32,130 nt of DNA, taken from positions 62,001-94,130 of the forward strand of contig JALAGF010005657.1 in NCBI GenBank assembly GCA_030167865.1, in the 5' to 3' direction. The stretch comes from Craspedostauros australis (lineage: Eukaryota). Position numbers and translations under genes: made by a program. Numbering within the stretch: position 1 is the stretch's first letter; each line of letters begins with the position of its first letter. This document shows, in pieces, positions 18,292-30,400 of this stretch. The notes under the pieces were generated by a model. The model worked only from the letters and a program-made list of their open reading frames with translations, had not been told where the DNA came from and searched no databases.

Positions 18292-21200
18292 ATGGTGACC
18301 GCCTTGATGCACCCGAAGGAGTGCGACTCGAAGCGCATCGAGGAGGTGTCGCTGTACAAGCCGAAGCTCGCGGCAGGCAGCAAGGACAGGCGCATCCGCC
18401 TCTACACCATCGTGTTCATCGCGCTGTACGTGTACCAGTCCATCTGGGTGCTGTCGACCATCGGCGAGCCGTACCGCAAGTTCCTGGAGAAGGCGGACCG
18501 CGAGGGCTTCCAGGTGATGGAGGGAGCCACGCGCCTGCGCGCGGAGCTGGAGCACTCCTTCCAGGACATCAACGATCCCAACCGCCGCACGAAGAAGCTC
18601 GGCTGGATGGACTGGATGGACATGGACATCGAGGAGCTCGCCGCCGAGAAGAAGAAGGACAAGGAGAAGTCCTTCCTCGACAGCCTGCCCAAGAGGATGC
18701 GCGTCCCCTCCAAGTACGCTCCATCCTTCACGCCGTCCCTCATGCTCGGCATTCTCGCGACCATCCACGCGCTCGTGCTCCTCATGCAGCACTGGTCCGT
18801 CGGCTTCAACGTATGGATCAACTACCAGGAGATGGACGCGGAGGCGGTGGACCTGCCGGAGGACATCATGGAGCTGGATCTGGACGAGGATGCGCCCGCG
18901 CCATCGGCCAAGCATGCCGCCAAGAGCGATGGGCACTACGTGGACAGATCCATCAAGAACATGCCGGTCAGCATGCCCACGCACGCCAGGGTCGTCCCCG
19001 CCAAGGGCTACCACGTCCTCATCCCGCTCGACTACCTCCCCACCTTGGGCATGACCTTCGAATACCATCGCCGCCGCTACGCCTACGACGCAGACTCCGC
19101 CACGTGGCAAAAGATCCGCTGCCGCACCAACTTCCCCATGGACTTCCTGGCCACCTGGGACGGATTCAAATCGGACATCCATCTCGAATCTGGAAAGATC
19201 AGATACGGTTCCAACAAGTTCAGCGTCAAGCAACCCACGTTCTCCGAGCTATACAAGAAGCAGCTCCTCAGCCCCTTCACGGTCTTCCAGATCTTCTGCG
19301 TCGGTCTCTGGTTGCTCGATGACTATTGGCAGTACAGTTTCTTCACGCTCTTCATGGTGCTCACCTTCGAGGCCACTGTCGTCTTCTCCAGGATCAAGAG
19401 CCTGGGCGCCCTGCGCGGCATGGGCAACAAGGCCCGACCTGTTTACGTTTACCGTCTTGGTCGTTGGACCCCGTGCGAAACGCCGGATCTCTTGCCGGGC
19501 GACATCATGAGTCTCACCCGGGTCAAGCCGCACTTCGCCAAGGCTGGCGACGACAGCAAAAAAGGAAAGGACGATGACAAGAACAAAGACAAAGACAAGG
19601 ACAAAGATACGAAGGTGGCAAAGCGAAAGGTCGGTGGAAAGGTGGAGGACGAAGGTGGAGACATTGTGCCTGCCGATCTGCTCCTGCTCAAGGGTTCCTT
19701 GGTCGTCAACGAGGCCAGTTTGACAGGAGAATCCGTGCCCCAAATGAAGGAGGGTCTCGTGGAGCTCGACCAAGATGAAAAGTTTCAGATGAAGACACGC
19801 CACAAGATGAGCGTCGCCTACGCTGGCACCAAGATGCTCCAGTGCAAGGGGGTGGCCGAGGTTGCCGCCCAGCATCTGGATGAGAGCATCTCCTACGCCA
19901 GCATTCCCAATCCACCAGACAATGGCTGCATCTGCTTCGTTCTGCGCACGGGATTCTCATCCGCACAAGGAAAGCTCGTGCGAATGATCGAAGGTTCGCA
20001 GGAGAAGGTCAAGGGCCACGAGCGTGAAACTGGCTTGCTTCTGCTGCTACTCTTCGTCTTCGCCGTGGCGAGTTCCTCCTACGTCCTGTATCATGGACTC
20101 AACGACGAGAACCGAAGCCAGTACGAGCTGCTGTTGCATTGCATCCTCATCATCACCAGCGTCATCCCGCCAGAGCTTCCCATGCAGGTGAGTCAAAATC
20201 TGGGATTGTGTGCGATTTTCTTTCAGTATGATTTCACGACGCTTTGTATGCTCGCGTTCGTTTTGAGCTGGCTTGATGTAGCACGACGATGCAGGAACAC
20301 GCAACTGATGTCATGATTCCACGCACACGATCATGAACGCTATGCTGTTATCGCACCCACCTGCAGATGACATGTACCACACTCGTACCATACGTTCATC
20401 TCACCAAACGTTCGAACCCGATCTCACGCACTCTTCTCATTCTCGATCCACAACACGTATGCACACATACACCTACATGTACACACGCACATACACATAC
20501 GCACACGAACGCGCACTCGCATTTACCATCCTCCGAGTACAGACCGCACTTGCTGTCAACAACAGTCTCATGACGCTGATGAAAATGCACATCTTCTGCA
20601 CGGAGCCGTTCCGTGTCCCCATTGCTGGAAAGCTTGATGCATGCCTCTTCGACAAGACCGGAACCCTCACAACAGATGAACTTGTTGCTGTGGGTGTCTT
20701 TCCCCCGTCAGAGCTCAAGAATGCAAAAGCCAACGAGACTGGCGAGGCCAGCGGCAACGCAGCAGACACCTTGACGTCCATGCCGAAGGTGCAAGCGAGC
20801 GCTGCGCTCGTTCTGGCCGGTTGTCATTCGTTGGTGAATATCGAAGGTGAAACGACAGGAGATCCATTGGAACAGGCAGCACTGACATCGATGAGATGGT
20901 GCCTATCGGAAGAAACTGGGTACGCCATGCCAGCAGATGAAACCGGCAAGAAGGCAGCCGGTAAGCCGATCAATCTGCAGGGCACCAACATCTCTAAGCT
21001 GGAAATCCTGGCGAGGCACCATTTCAGTTCCAAGCTTCAGAGAATGAGCTGCGTCGTTCGAGATGTTCAATTGAGCAACCACTACGCTGTCGCAAAGGGA
21101 TCGCCGGAGGCCATCGGCCGTCTGCTGGCAGAAAAGCCTGCCAACTACGACGAAGCCGCAGCGATGCTTTCGAAGGAGGGGTTCCGCGTCATTGCACTTG

Positions 21201-23779
21201 CGTACAAGTCCATGAGATCCAGCAACGACATCGAAGATGCCAAGAGCACAAGAGCAAGCTGCGAAGCGTCGTTGACATTTTCTGGCTTCATCGCGTTCAC
21301 CTGTCCCGTCCGCAAAGACACGGCAGCCGTTTTGGCAAAGCTGTCGGAAGGAGGCATGTCGATTGCGATGGTGACTGGCGATGCTCTCCTCACGGCGGTC
21401 CATGTTGCCAAGGATGTCGGAATCATCCCAGCCCTGAACGCTGAGGTAGCAACGCTCGATGCTCCGATCGAGGAGACGAACGAGGAGCTGCGGGCGCTGT
21501 TGGAACAGAGGAGAAGCGAGAAGGGCATGCTGAAGAACACTGCGAACGGTGATGAAAAGAAGGAGAAGGTCAAGCAATTCAAACCGATCCTCGTCCTCGA
21601 AGTTTCGGACAAATCGGGATCTCTGTGCTGGAAATCGTACACGGATAACTCCGAGGTGGAGCTGTACAACGCATCCAAAATCCCCAAGCTTTCGGTCACC
21701 CATGACCTTGCCACGACAGGCAAGAGCCTCAGCCTCGCTCTGGAGCAGGATGAGGAGACCAGGAAGGTGCTGGGCTACGTGAAGGTGTTCGCACGCATGA
21801 CCCCGGATGCGAAGGAAACCGTGATCGAATGCCTTCACTCCGTCGGATCGCTTTGCTTGATGTGCGGTGATGGAGCCAACGATGTCGGTGCACTCAAGCA
21901 GGCCGATGTTGGCGTTGCGTTGCTCTCTGGATTTGGAAACGTGAACGTCGAAAAGTCTGCGGATGACGAAGCGCACAAGAGGGAGAAGGAGAAAGAGAAA
22001 CAGCAGAAGCTCCAGCTGACGCCCAAGTTCCGTCGAGAGCTTCAGCAGATGAAGAATATGCCGGTATTCCTCATCAAGGGCAAGGTCCGCTCCATCGGGG
22101 TTAACCCAGAGAAGTACCCAGAGCTGACAGAGAAGGAGGATTGGCTGCGAGTTTACGAGATCAAGACGATGGAGAAGGCCAGCAAGGCAATGAACGGGCG
22201 TGGCGGAACCCTATCCAAGGCAGACAAGAAGACCAAGCAGAGAGAAGAGGTGGTGGAGACGCAGCGAAAGGTGGCGGAAAGGACTGCCGAGTTGGAGGCG
22301 AAGGGCGTGCAATGGGCATCCTTCAAGGCCATGCAGCAAGTTATGAGCGAGGAGATGACGAAGAAGAAGAAAGCCGCGGGAGCAAGCCGTGGCGTGGAGG
22401 GATCCGCGACCGCCCTTGCCGCCCAACTCGAGGACATGGAGTCTGGAGAACTGCCGATGGTGAAGCTTGGCGACGCCAGCATCGCTGCCCCGTTCACGAG
22501 CAAAATGCCCAGCATCAGAGGATGCGTGGACATCGTTCGGCAAGGACGTTGCACGTTGGTATCAAGCCTCCAAATGGTAAGTTGTCAAGTGTTGTTCTCA
22601 AATGTTGCTCTCTGCTGGATGAAAGCACGCGAGGATGCCAATATTGTACGATGTCCCGACTCAGGTTTGCAGCAGACACGCATCTTTCGACGTGTTGAGT
22701 TGGTTGAGTTGGTTGTGTTCGTATGCTTCTGCCGTGGCGACAATCTCTTCAGTTCTAACCTTTTGTGAATCCTACATCCCCTGTGTCCTTCCTTTTGTCT
22801 CTCTCGAACGATTCATTCTTCTGCGTATACCTCCTCGTTTCTTCACTGCGTTGCTTCTACATGCGTACAGTACCAAATCCTGGCGCTGCAATGCTTGATC
22901 AGCTCGTACTCGCTATCGGTGCTGTACCTGGATGGTGTCAAGTACGGCGACACACAGATGACGGCCATGGGGATGCTCGGATCCATTTCCTTCATGTCCG
23001 TTTCCCGTTCCAAACCGTTGGATCGATTGTCGCCAGTGCGTCCGCTGACATCCATCTTCCACCCAGCGCTCTTCATCAGTCTGCTCGGTCAATTCAGCAT
23101 CCATTTGGCAACCATGATGTATGCCGTGTACTCTGCAAAGCTGCACCTCCCAACCGATCATGCGGTGGATCTTGATGGTGTATTCAAGCCGGGTATCTTG
23201 AACACCGTCGTGTTCCTCGTCAGCAACGTCCAGCAGGTGACTGTGTTCGTCGTCAACTTGCAGGGCCGCCCGTTCATGACCGGCCTCACAGAGAACCGGC
23301 CGCTCCTGTGGAGTTTGGTGTGCACATTCATCCTCACATTCATGTTCGCGTCCGAGACCGTCCCGGGGCTCAACAAATACTTCCAGCTGGTCCCATTCCC
23401 CGACGAAGAATTCAGAGATTTCCTGCTGAAGCTTCTCGCGTTTGACGTGTTCGCCACGTTCTCGCTGGATCGGCTGATGAAGTTCCTGTTCTGTCCTCAC
23501 ATCCTGTTCGCTAGCATGAAGGGAACCACAATGAAGGACGTCTTCTCGTTGGCACGAACATTCGCAGTCATTGCGTTCCTGATGTACAATTTCCTTGGCA
23601 ACGACGAGGCCTGGGAGGAGCTCATCCGCATGGAGGAGGAGCTTGCCATGAATCTGACCAACGCCACCGAGGGTGTTTCGGATGCGCTCGACGACGTGGT
23701 TGAGTGCATCGGGGATGCTTGCGATGCGGTTAAAACCGCTGCTGTTGCTGGCGCCGGCGTTGGAAGTGATGAGTTCTAA
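18292..23779 (+). CDS. ATP13A1: P5A-type ATPase (Spf1/ATP13A1, ER transmembrane-helix dislocase), 3 exons, about 1612 aa
   Basis: Exons 18292-20187, 20543-22576, 22871-23779. Motifs LTGES, PPELPMQ|TALAVN (P5A PPELP signature), DKTGTLT, KGSPE, MVTGD, GDGANDVGALK, KLGDASIAAPFTSK and GRCTLVSSLQM|YQILALQCLISSYSLSVLYLDG. Both splices restore conserved sequence in phase 0. Confidence 0.96.
20188..20542 (+). other. intron 1 of P5A ATPase (355 nt, GT-AG)
   Basis: CAG|GTGAGT...GTACAG|ACC. Joins PPELPMQ to TALAVNNSL. Contains a CA-rich low-complexity stretch. Confidence 0.88.
22577..22870 (+). other. intron 2 of P5A ATPase (294 nt, GT-AG)
   Basis: ATG|GTAAGT...pyrimidine-rich...GTACAG|TAC. Joins SSLQM to YQILALQCLIS. 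Confidence 0.92.
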
Positions 23780-24376
23780 CTATTCCATGAAACTGGTGGT
23801 AGCAGCGGAAAGGTCGAGGATGGATTCCACAATACTCGCACACACTCGAACAAAGCAGAAACCAAAACGTTTGGTATTAGAGTAAAACCACACCTTTTGC
23901 ACAAACCTTGCTCCGCGCAAGACTTGCAGACACGCTCTGTATTGGTATTTGCTGACAACAAGGGTTGCATGAGTAAGTTTGTTTGACTGTGCAGGCCCTC
24001 TGTCGCCTTCATGAGATCAATGTGGACCATCCGTAGTACGAACTCGGGCCACGTGGGGGAGAAACACGAGTGCTTGCGCGAGAGGGTACCATCGCCTTCA
24101 AAGAGAGGACATGAATTACTGTAATACAATACAATACTACGTACTCGATGTACTGTCACTGCTGCGAGTGTGGTTGTGGATGTGTGCCATACGTACAGTG
24201 GCTACCTTTGGGAGATGTGCACCCTATCAATTTGGTGCTTTTCCCTCTTCGTTCTCCAACCCGCTAATTCTTCGCTAAATTGTGGTTTACACGTGTCGTC
24301 AAAGCGCATCCTTGATCGTGCGAGTACCTGCACTCGTACGACTACTACTGTGGCATGCCATGATGCGCGGCGAGAA

Positions 24377-26051
24377 TCAGAAGCCGTCCTGCACCACGTA
24401 TGGGCAAGTATTGTACAGCCGTTCCATGTTCAGCGCGTTGAGGCTGAGCTCAGCGAGGTCGGTATTTGTGATTGGGAAAAGACCTGGCAACTGTTGATGG
24501 CGAAGTGCATTCATGCATGCACGCAGGCATGAGATAGTGGAGTATTGCAGAATGCAAGAAAGGGAAAAGAGGATGGAGGTGAACGTTGAGTTTGGTGAGA
24601 TGGAGCGCGTGTGCAAGTTCATTTGTGATGAGGTATGTCGTGATGTCTACAATGCTTCAAGAAGAGGCAGCTGATCATCGGGACACCAAGGCCACTGGCT
24701 GGCTGATGGAAATGGCTGCATTTGGTTGGACGCATTTGGTTGGACGCATTTGGTTGGACCTCCGCTCTGCGGCTCACACGAATCTCACACTTACCGATTT
24801 GGACGCAAACAGCTTCTTCCGCGACGGACGATCCCAGGTATTGCCAGGTCTCATGACGATGAACGGAATGAAATTGTGCTTTGTCGCCATACCACCGAGT
24901 GTATCGGCTCTCGATGTTCCCGACTTCCCATGCAGCTCCTTCTGCCTTCTCAGCCACTGCACCACCCGATCGTCCTTCTTTCTCTCCTTTCGGATGGACT
25001 TGCGAGGATCAAACGACTTGAGGATGTTGGTCACCAACGGGGTGGAGCCTGCTTGATCCTGGCACATGGAGGATGCTTGGTAGAGCAGCGCACGGCAGTT
25101 AGGAGCGCGTTTGCCCGCCACGGAATAAATGAGGCGAATCAAGTCGAGCGAAGGATTTGTTCCCAACGAAGACGAGATGGAGGGATTCGTTGGTTCCCCA
25201 GTAGCATCTTGTAGATCCTCAGTTCGCTTCCCATTGCCGTTACCGCCACCGCCACTTTTATTTCTTCCAGAGTTGATGTTTTCGCCATCCTGGGAGCCAT
25301 GAGCAATTGTTGAGGACAGTCCAGCCGATGCCGCTGAGGTGGAACTGTGGCAATCGTTAAGCATGCATACCACGAAGGTTGCGTCCTTGACGACGCGCGA
25401 CACCTTCGAGGCTTCATTGAGGCCACCCGTGATGAGCGTCAAACGGTCATTGTCGGCAGTGACATCGTCCATGTCAATGCCTGGGACAATTAACGCTCGC
25501 ACGTGATATCCTGCGTCCAACGCCAGATGCAAGAAGTAGTTTCCCGTGACTCCGTACGCCCCAAACAGAGCGATGGTCTTCTTGTCGCTGCGTTGCGACG
25601 GAGCAGAGCTTGGCCTTGCTCTTGAGCTGGATTTCGATTGTCTCTGCTGAGATCGTCCCTTGGCGCTCCCACGCGAGCCGTTGGTTCGCGACGATTGGTG
25701 TCTCTCCATGGGCAGCTTGCTTCTCATGGAGTTGGCTGGCGCAGCGTTCGGGTGCATGTTCTCCTCATCGTCATAAGAGGATGATCGCGAGAAGGCCATG
25801 GACGATCCGTACGATTCGCGATGCTTCATGTATGCCAGGTGGTCGTGATTGAACGACGGATCCGTCGCATGGCCGTCCTTCGACGATTCTTTGCCGTACG
25901 TCGATGGCTCAAGTGGCACCTGCATCGATGGCGTCGAGTACGATGAAGACGCAGATTTCACAGTTGATAGGCTGCCGTCCTTGTAATACGATGGCTTCTG
26001 GTACCGGTTTCCATGCGAGTAGCCGTCGCCCGAGCCGCGTTGCTTCTTCAT
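24377..26051 (-). CDS. atypical SDR / NAD(P)H-binding Rossmann protein (flavin-reductase/BVR-B-like) with a long disordered N-terminus, 2 exons, about 456 aa
   Basis: Exon 1 26051-24795 and exon 2 24490-24377. KTIALFGAYGVTG (GxxGxxG), ALDAGYHVRAL and FIVMRPG. The splice gives KKLFASKS|LPGLFPITNTDLAELSLNAL...LYNTCPYVV, which supplies the family's I..xDLA C-terminal motif. Confidence 0.85.
24491..24794 (-). other. intron of the Rossmann-fold gene (304 nt, GT-AG)
   Basis: Minus strand TCG|GTAAGT ... CAACAG|TTG, phase 0. Confidence 0.8.
24718..24759. repeat. perfect 14-bp tandem repeat x3 (gcatttggttggac), intronic
   Basis: Three exact copies at 24718, 24732 and 24746. Confidence 0.95.
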
Positions 26052-26923
26052 GCTGGTCTGGTCTGATTTGGAATCTGGTTTGGAGTCTGATTACGAGAAG
26101 GAATGGAGAGAAGCGAGGTGGAGTGGTACCGTTGATTCTTCGGGCACTGCTGATTCTCTCAAAGATGTTGTTCAATTGTTATCGCTGCCGTCGACGGATG
26201 TTACTCTGTTGGAATGACGCTCCAGGGGAACTTGACGATGGAAGCGACGGAGACGATGGTCCTGTTCAAATTCGATTTGGTGTTAACCAACAACACGACA
26301 GTTGAACAGCAACATGACAACCGCAACACAGGAACAACAGGAAAAAGATGAAGGAAAAAATCGCCAAAACAAATCACCCAACAAAAACGGTGTTCGAACT
26401 TCGAATCAATAACGTCTAAATAACGTTCCGTGCGCAACTCCATTGATTCGATCGACCGTTGTCTTCATTCAGTCACTTTAGTCGTTATCACGACACGAGA
26501 GAGCGCGATGCATTTTCAAGCACTCTTGTTCCGTTCTGCAGAAGTGAGTTGGCCAATCAGAACGATCTGAACTTGTCGCAGCCATGATGAAACGTGGAAT
26601 GGGCTTATGGTCGAACGAATGTCACAGCTGTCCGGCCTACCTGTCACAAAGCAAGTGTTCCACACGCATCTTGTCCGGGCGTTTGTGCTTCGCAGTTTTG
26701 GTTTCTGTCTGTTTGCGGGCGTGGGCACAACAGGTGACCGGACGGAGAGCGAGAGCGCACCTTTCGGAGTGGCCATGAGCGTGTCGCGGACGCGAAAAAT
26801 GATCACGCCTGTCTTTTCGTGGGGAGAAACGCGAAGAGGAAGCGCTGTGTGTGGCTGCTTCCTCCGACGAACAGCGAAGACGCGCGAACTCGCAAAAAGC
26901 AGCGAGAGAAGAGAGGAGCGAAG

Positions 26924-26990
26924 GACAACAACAGCAACAAAACCAGCAAGAAATCTAACAACAGCGGCAACAACAGCGACAACAACAACA
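26924..26990. repeat. ACA-rich low-complexity tract
   Basis: Imperfect (ACA)n runs in the divergent intergenic region between the Rossmann gene and HSF. Confidence 0.55.
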
Positions 26991-27477
26991 CGAAGAGAGG
27001 AAAGAAACGAGGAGAAAGCACAAAAGCGCCCAACCGCTCTCGTTGAGACAACCCAAAACGTGGCACACGACGGATTGGTTGTTCCCCAAAGAGGACATTC
27101 GCCTCTTGCAAAACGAACTGCGACCGTGACTTCGGTGGAGTTCGACGAGGAGAGAGGGGTGATTGATCTCTTCGCATAGAGATACCTGTTCGGACATACG
27201 ACTACATCGTACACTAAGCACTGAGTGTATGTAATACTTGTGCTCTGCAATCCTATTGTACGACCACTCTCCCAGTATCCAGTCCTTCGAACACCAACGG
27301 CATCCCACATTTTGGAGGGACTGTGAAAAGGAAGCAACATTGTGTTCTGCAACTGTCTCGACTTGGTTTTCATCAGCCCTGGCGTCCAGTTGCGTGGTCC
27401 GCAGACAGCACACGGTGGTCCGCTTTCGGCGCATCGAACACTCTACGGACGATACTACCAATACCTACGCATTGACG

Positions 27478-30400
27478 ATGACGAAGCTGAGACAACAGCA
27501 AGTGGGTCAACCAGGCCAAACCCAGCAACATCTGCATCAGCACTTGCTGTTGCTTCAACAACTTCAGCGGCAGCAACACTCTGCGACGAGCGCATCTACA
27601 ATCAATGGTTCCATCCTACCCCACCAACCACAGCTCCAGCAGCAACAACAGCTCCAGCGCTTCCAACAGCAGCATGGACCAGCTCTTTCACAAGCAATTG
27701 GCACCCACAGCGGCCATAATGCACACGTCTCCTCTGGACCATCGGCCACCGGAATTGCTGGCGCGAACCAGCTGCCCACTGAACTGATGCTCTACCTTGC
27801 CTTGCAACAGCAGCAACAACTGCAGCAGCAACAGCAGAATGGGACCAGCGGCACAGGTACGGACATTGCCCGTGCTCAAATGCAACAGGTCATGACCACT
27901 CAAACGCCTCAAAACAGCCTTCCCATCAGGAACGCGAACGTGGACACGATGTACCCTCCGATGCACGTGCCATTCCTTACCGCACACGTCGGACATGCTG
28001 CACAATATCCTTCAAGCAACAATTGTGATAGGGGGCAGCAACCTCTGTCGCCATCTCTTAACTTGGATCCGCGGAAACCTGCACACCCTTCCATGGCTAG
28101 CGATTGCACGGCGTTTGGACAAGAGCATGCCGGTTATGTTGCGGCCGGCGTTGGCGGAGACAGAAAGGCAGGGCTGCCTGCCCGACGAGCCACGCCGCAG
28201 TCATGCGCAAGCCCATATTCAGGCTCCGCATCGTCCCCGCCCGAAAAATCTGGGTCCTTGGGCATCTCTCGGGATGTGAATGGCAACGGCGCAGGCAACG
28301 ACGTTGCGAGTCGCCCTGCGAGTGGCACTGCGACGAAGCCTGCGAAAAGGTCTGCCAAAAAGCAAACGAAGAGGAACGCGAAGAGGGATGCGAAGAGTCA
28401 TGCCTCTCAAAGCTCGGCGACGACCAAGAAGAAACGGCTGGATCCACAATCCAAGCAATGGATCAAACTTCCCTTTCCTCTCAAGCTGCACACCCTGTTG
28501 ACAGTCTTGGAAGATGACGGCCTGTCATCGATCATCGGCTGGAATCCTGATGGTCGATCCTTCCGGATTCGCGATCAACAACGCTTCGCCGATTCCATCA
28601 TGACGACGTATTTCAATCAGTCCAAGTACAAATCATGTAAGTGCCATCCAACAGCATCACATCACAACTCGCGCATCCTTGCTTTTCGAAACAGTGACGA
28701 CATTGCTTCAGTAGCCGACTCACACCTTGCTGTTCATTCTGCCTTGCCCAACATGTCCCCTCACCACTACTACGACCGCCATCAACACCATCAACACTCT
28801 GTCACGACACTATCATATAACTGCCACGTAGTCCAACGGCAGCTGAATCTGTATGACTTTCAGCGAGCGCAGGCTGGCAAATTGAGCAGGTCGTACGCAC
28901 ATCCACTGTTCGTGAAGCATGATGATGCGGGAGCGTCCCGCATGGTCAGGAGGAAGAACAAGAAATTAAAATCGAAGGACGCTCTCGAGCGTTCGCCTTC
29001 GGCGGACAAAACGGTCCCTGCAGTGTCCCCCACCAACTCCACAGTCCCAGCAGCGCCACTGGCACCATCCGCCACCAAGAAGCAACGTCCATGCAAGTCA
29101 GCCCAGCAGCAACAGCGGCGGAAGACGCCAAGCAAAGCAGACGCCGCTACCACTGTCGAGTCAGCTCCGAAATCGACAAATCGTCCTCCCGCCAGCACGA
29201 TCACCGATGGTGACAGAGCCATGGCAGATCAGACCGTCGCCAAGCAAATGCAAGCGGGACAATCGAACGCAGCAACGAGTGCACGAAGCATGAAGATGAG
29301 AGGGATAACCAACAACGGCATGAATCTGAATCCTGGCCCAACCAATGTACCCAGCTTTGCTTCCGCCAACTCGACGTCGTTGCAGGCTTTGGCAAAAGGT
29401 AAAGGCATTGATCCCAAAACACTGGCCATGGTGTTGGCAATGTCGCGATCGGGTGCAGAACTTGCAAGTAACTTGGAGCTTGCCGTGGGCACCAGTCGAG
29501 GCAGTCTGGCTGTTGCTCAGAACGGGAACGAGGGTAGATACGAGCATCGGACCAGCGAAGTCGCCATAAGTGCGCCAGCTTCAGGTCTGCATAGTCGCGA
29601 TGTGCTGGCTCCGCAGATGCATCGTGCGGAAATGGCCCAAATGCGGCGATCGAACTCAATCGTTGGAAGCAATGGCAACAATCAACAGAATGGTCAACGG
29701 TCGAACCTTCCAAATCAATTCTCCGAATTGCGGAGCCCATCATCCCACCTAGCTTCGTCTTTGGCGTCATTCGACTCTGCCCCCGTTCACAAATTTGCGA
29801 CTGGGGCGCAGCCGACAGCCATGCCTGCCAAGGGTCGCATACAAGAAAGCAAAATGGTCACGCCACTGCTTACCGGCGCCAACCTGTCCCTTTTGAAGTC
29901 GCCGGCGCATTCCAGCTTCCAAACTGATCGATTCAATGATGGGAGAGGCATATCGTCGGTGCAATTGCCACAATCCTTCTCAAACCCGGACTTACCTCCG
30001 TCAAGGCAGGGTATGCAAGTTGGGATTGATGACAACGACTCTATTGAGTCGATTGAAGATCTCACCCCTCTCATGGCCGATGGCGTTCCGGGAAATGATT
30101 TCGGACCTGGGTGGGACATCCCTGGTGCGAGGACAACATTCGACGATCACCAACCGAGGGCTTCGGCTCAGCCTTTTGCAAGCGGAGCAGGTGCAGCCAT
30201 GATGGTGTCCACGCCAAGTCAAGCAGTCCGGCAATCATCTGCCGTGCACGGGAGAAGAACAGTGGACGATCTTTGCATGCAGCACGCAGTCAGAGCAACG
30301 GGTAGCCAAGATGTGAAAGTTGCGATGCGCGCAGCTACCCGCAAGGCGCCAGCTGTGCCATCACCATCGCGCGCGCAACCAGGCACACACGAGACGGCAC

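Noticed and set aside
17646..19322. 558-aa ORF (+) and 370-aa ORF 18121..19233 (-) overlapping the ATPase
   Set aside because: Shadow frames caused by the strong GC3 bias of ATPase exon 1; Arg/Pro/Gly-rich translations without motifs.
20903..21976. 357-aa antisense ORF
   Set aside because: Antisense shadow of ATPase exon 2.
18070..23779. Three separate ATPase ORFs suggesting a split gene or pseudogene
   Set aside because: Two canonical GT-AG introns join them in frame and restore conserved motifs.
24718..24759. Direct repeats as a CRISPR-like array
   Set aside because: No spacers; a contiguous intronic minisatellite in a eukaryote.
26391..26407. TTCGAACTTCGAA upstream of HSF as an autoregulatory heat-shock element
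   Set aside because: Spacing does not fit alternating nGAAn pentamers.
26516..27461. ORFs of 124-285 aa between the Rossmann gene and HSF
   Set aside because: Driven by an ACA/AG-rich low-complexity tract with no domain signal; probably promoter or 5'UTR.
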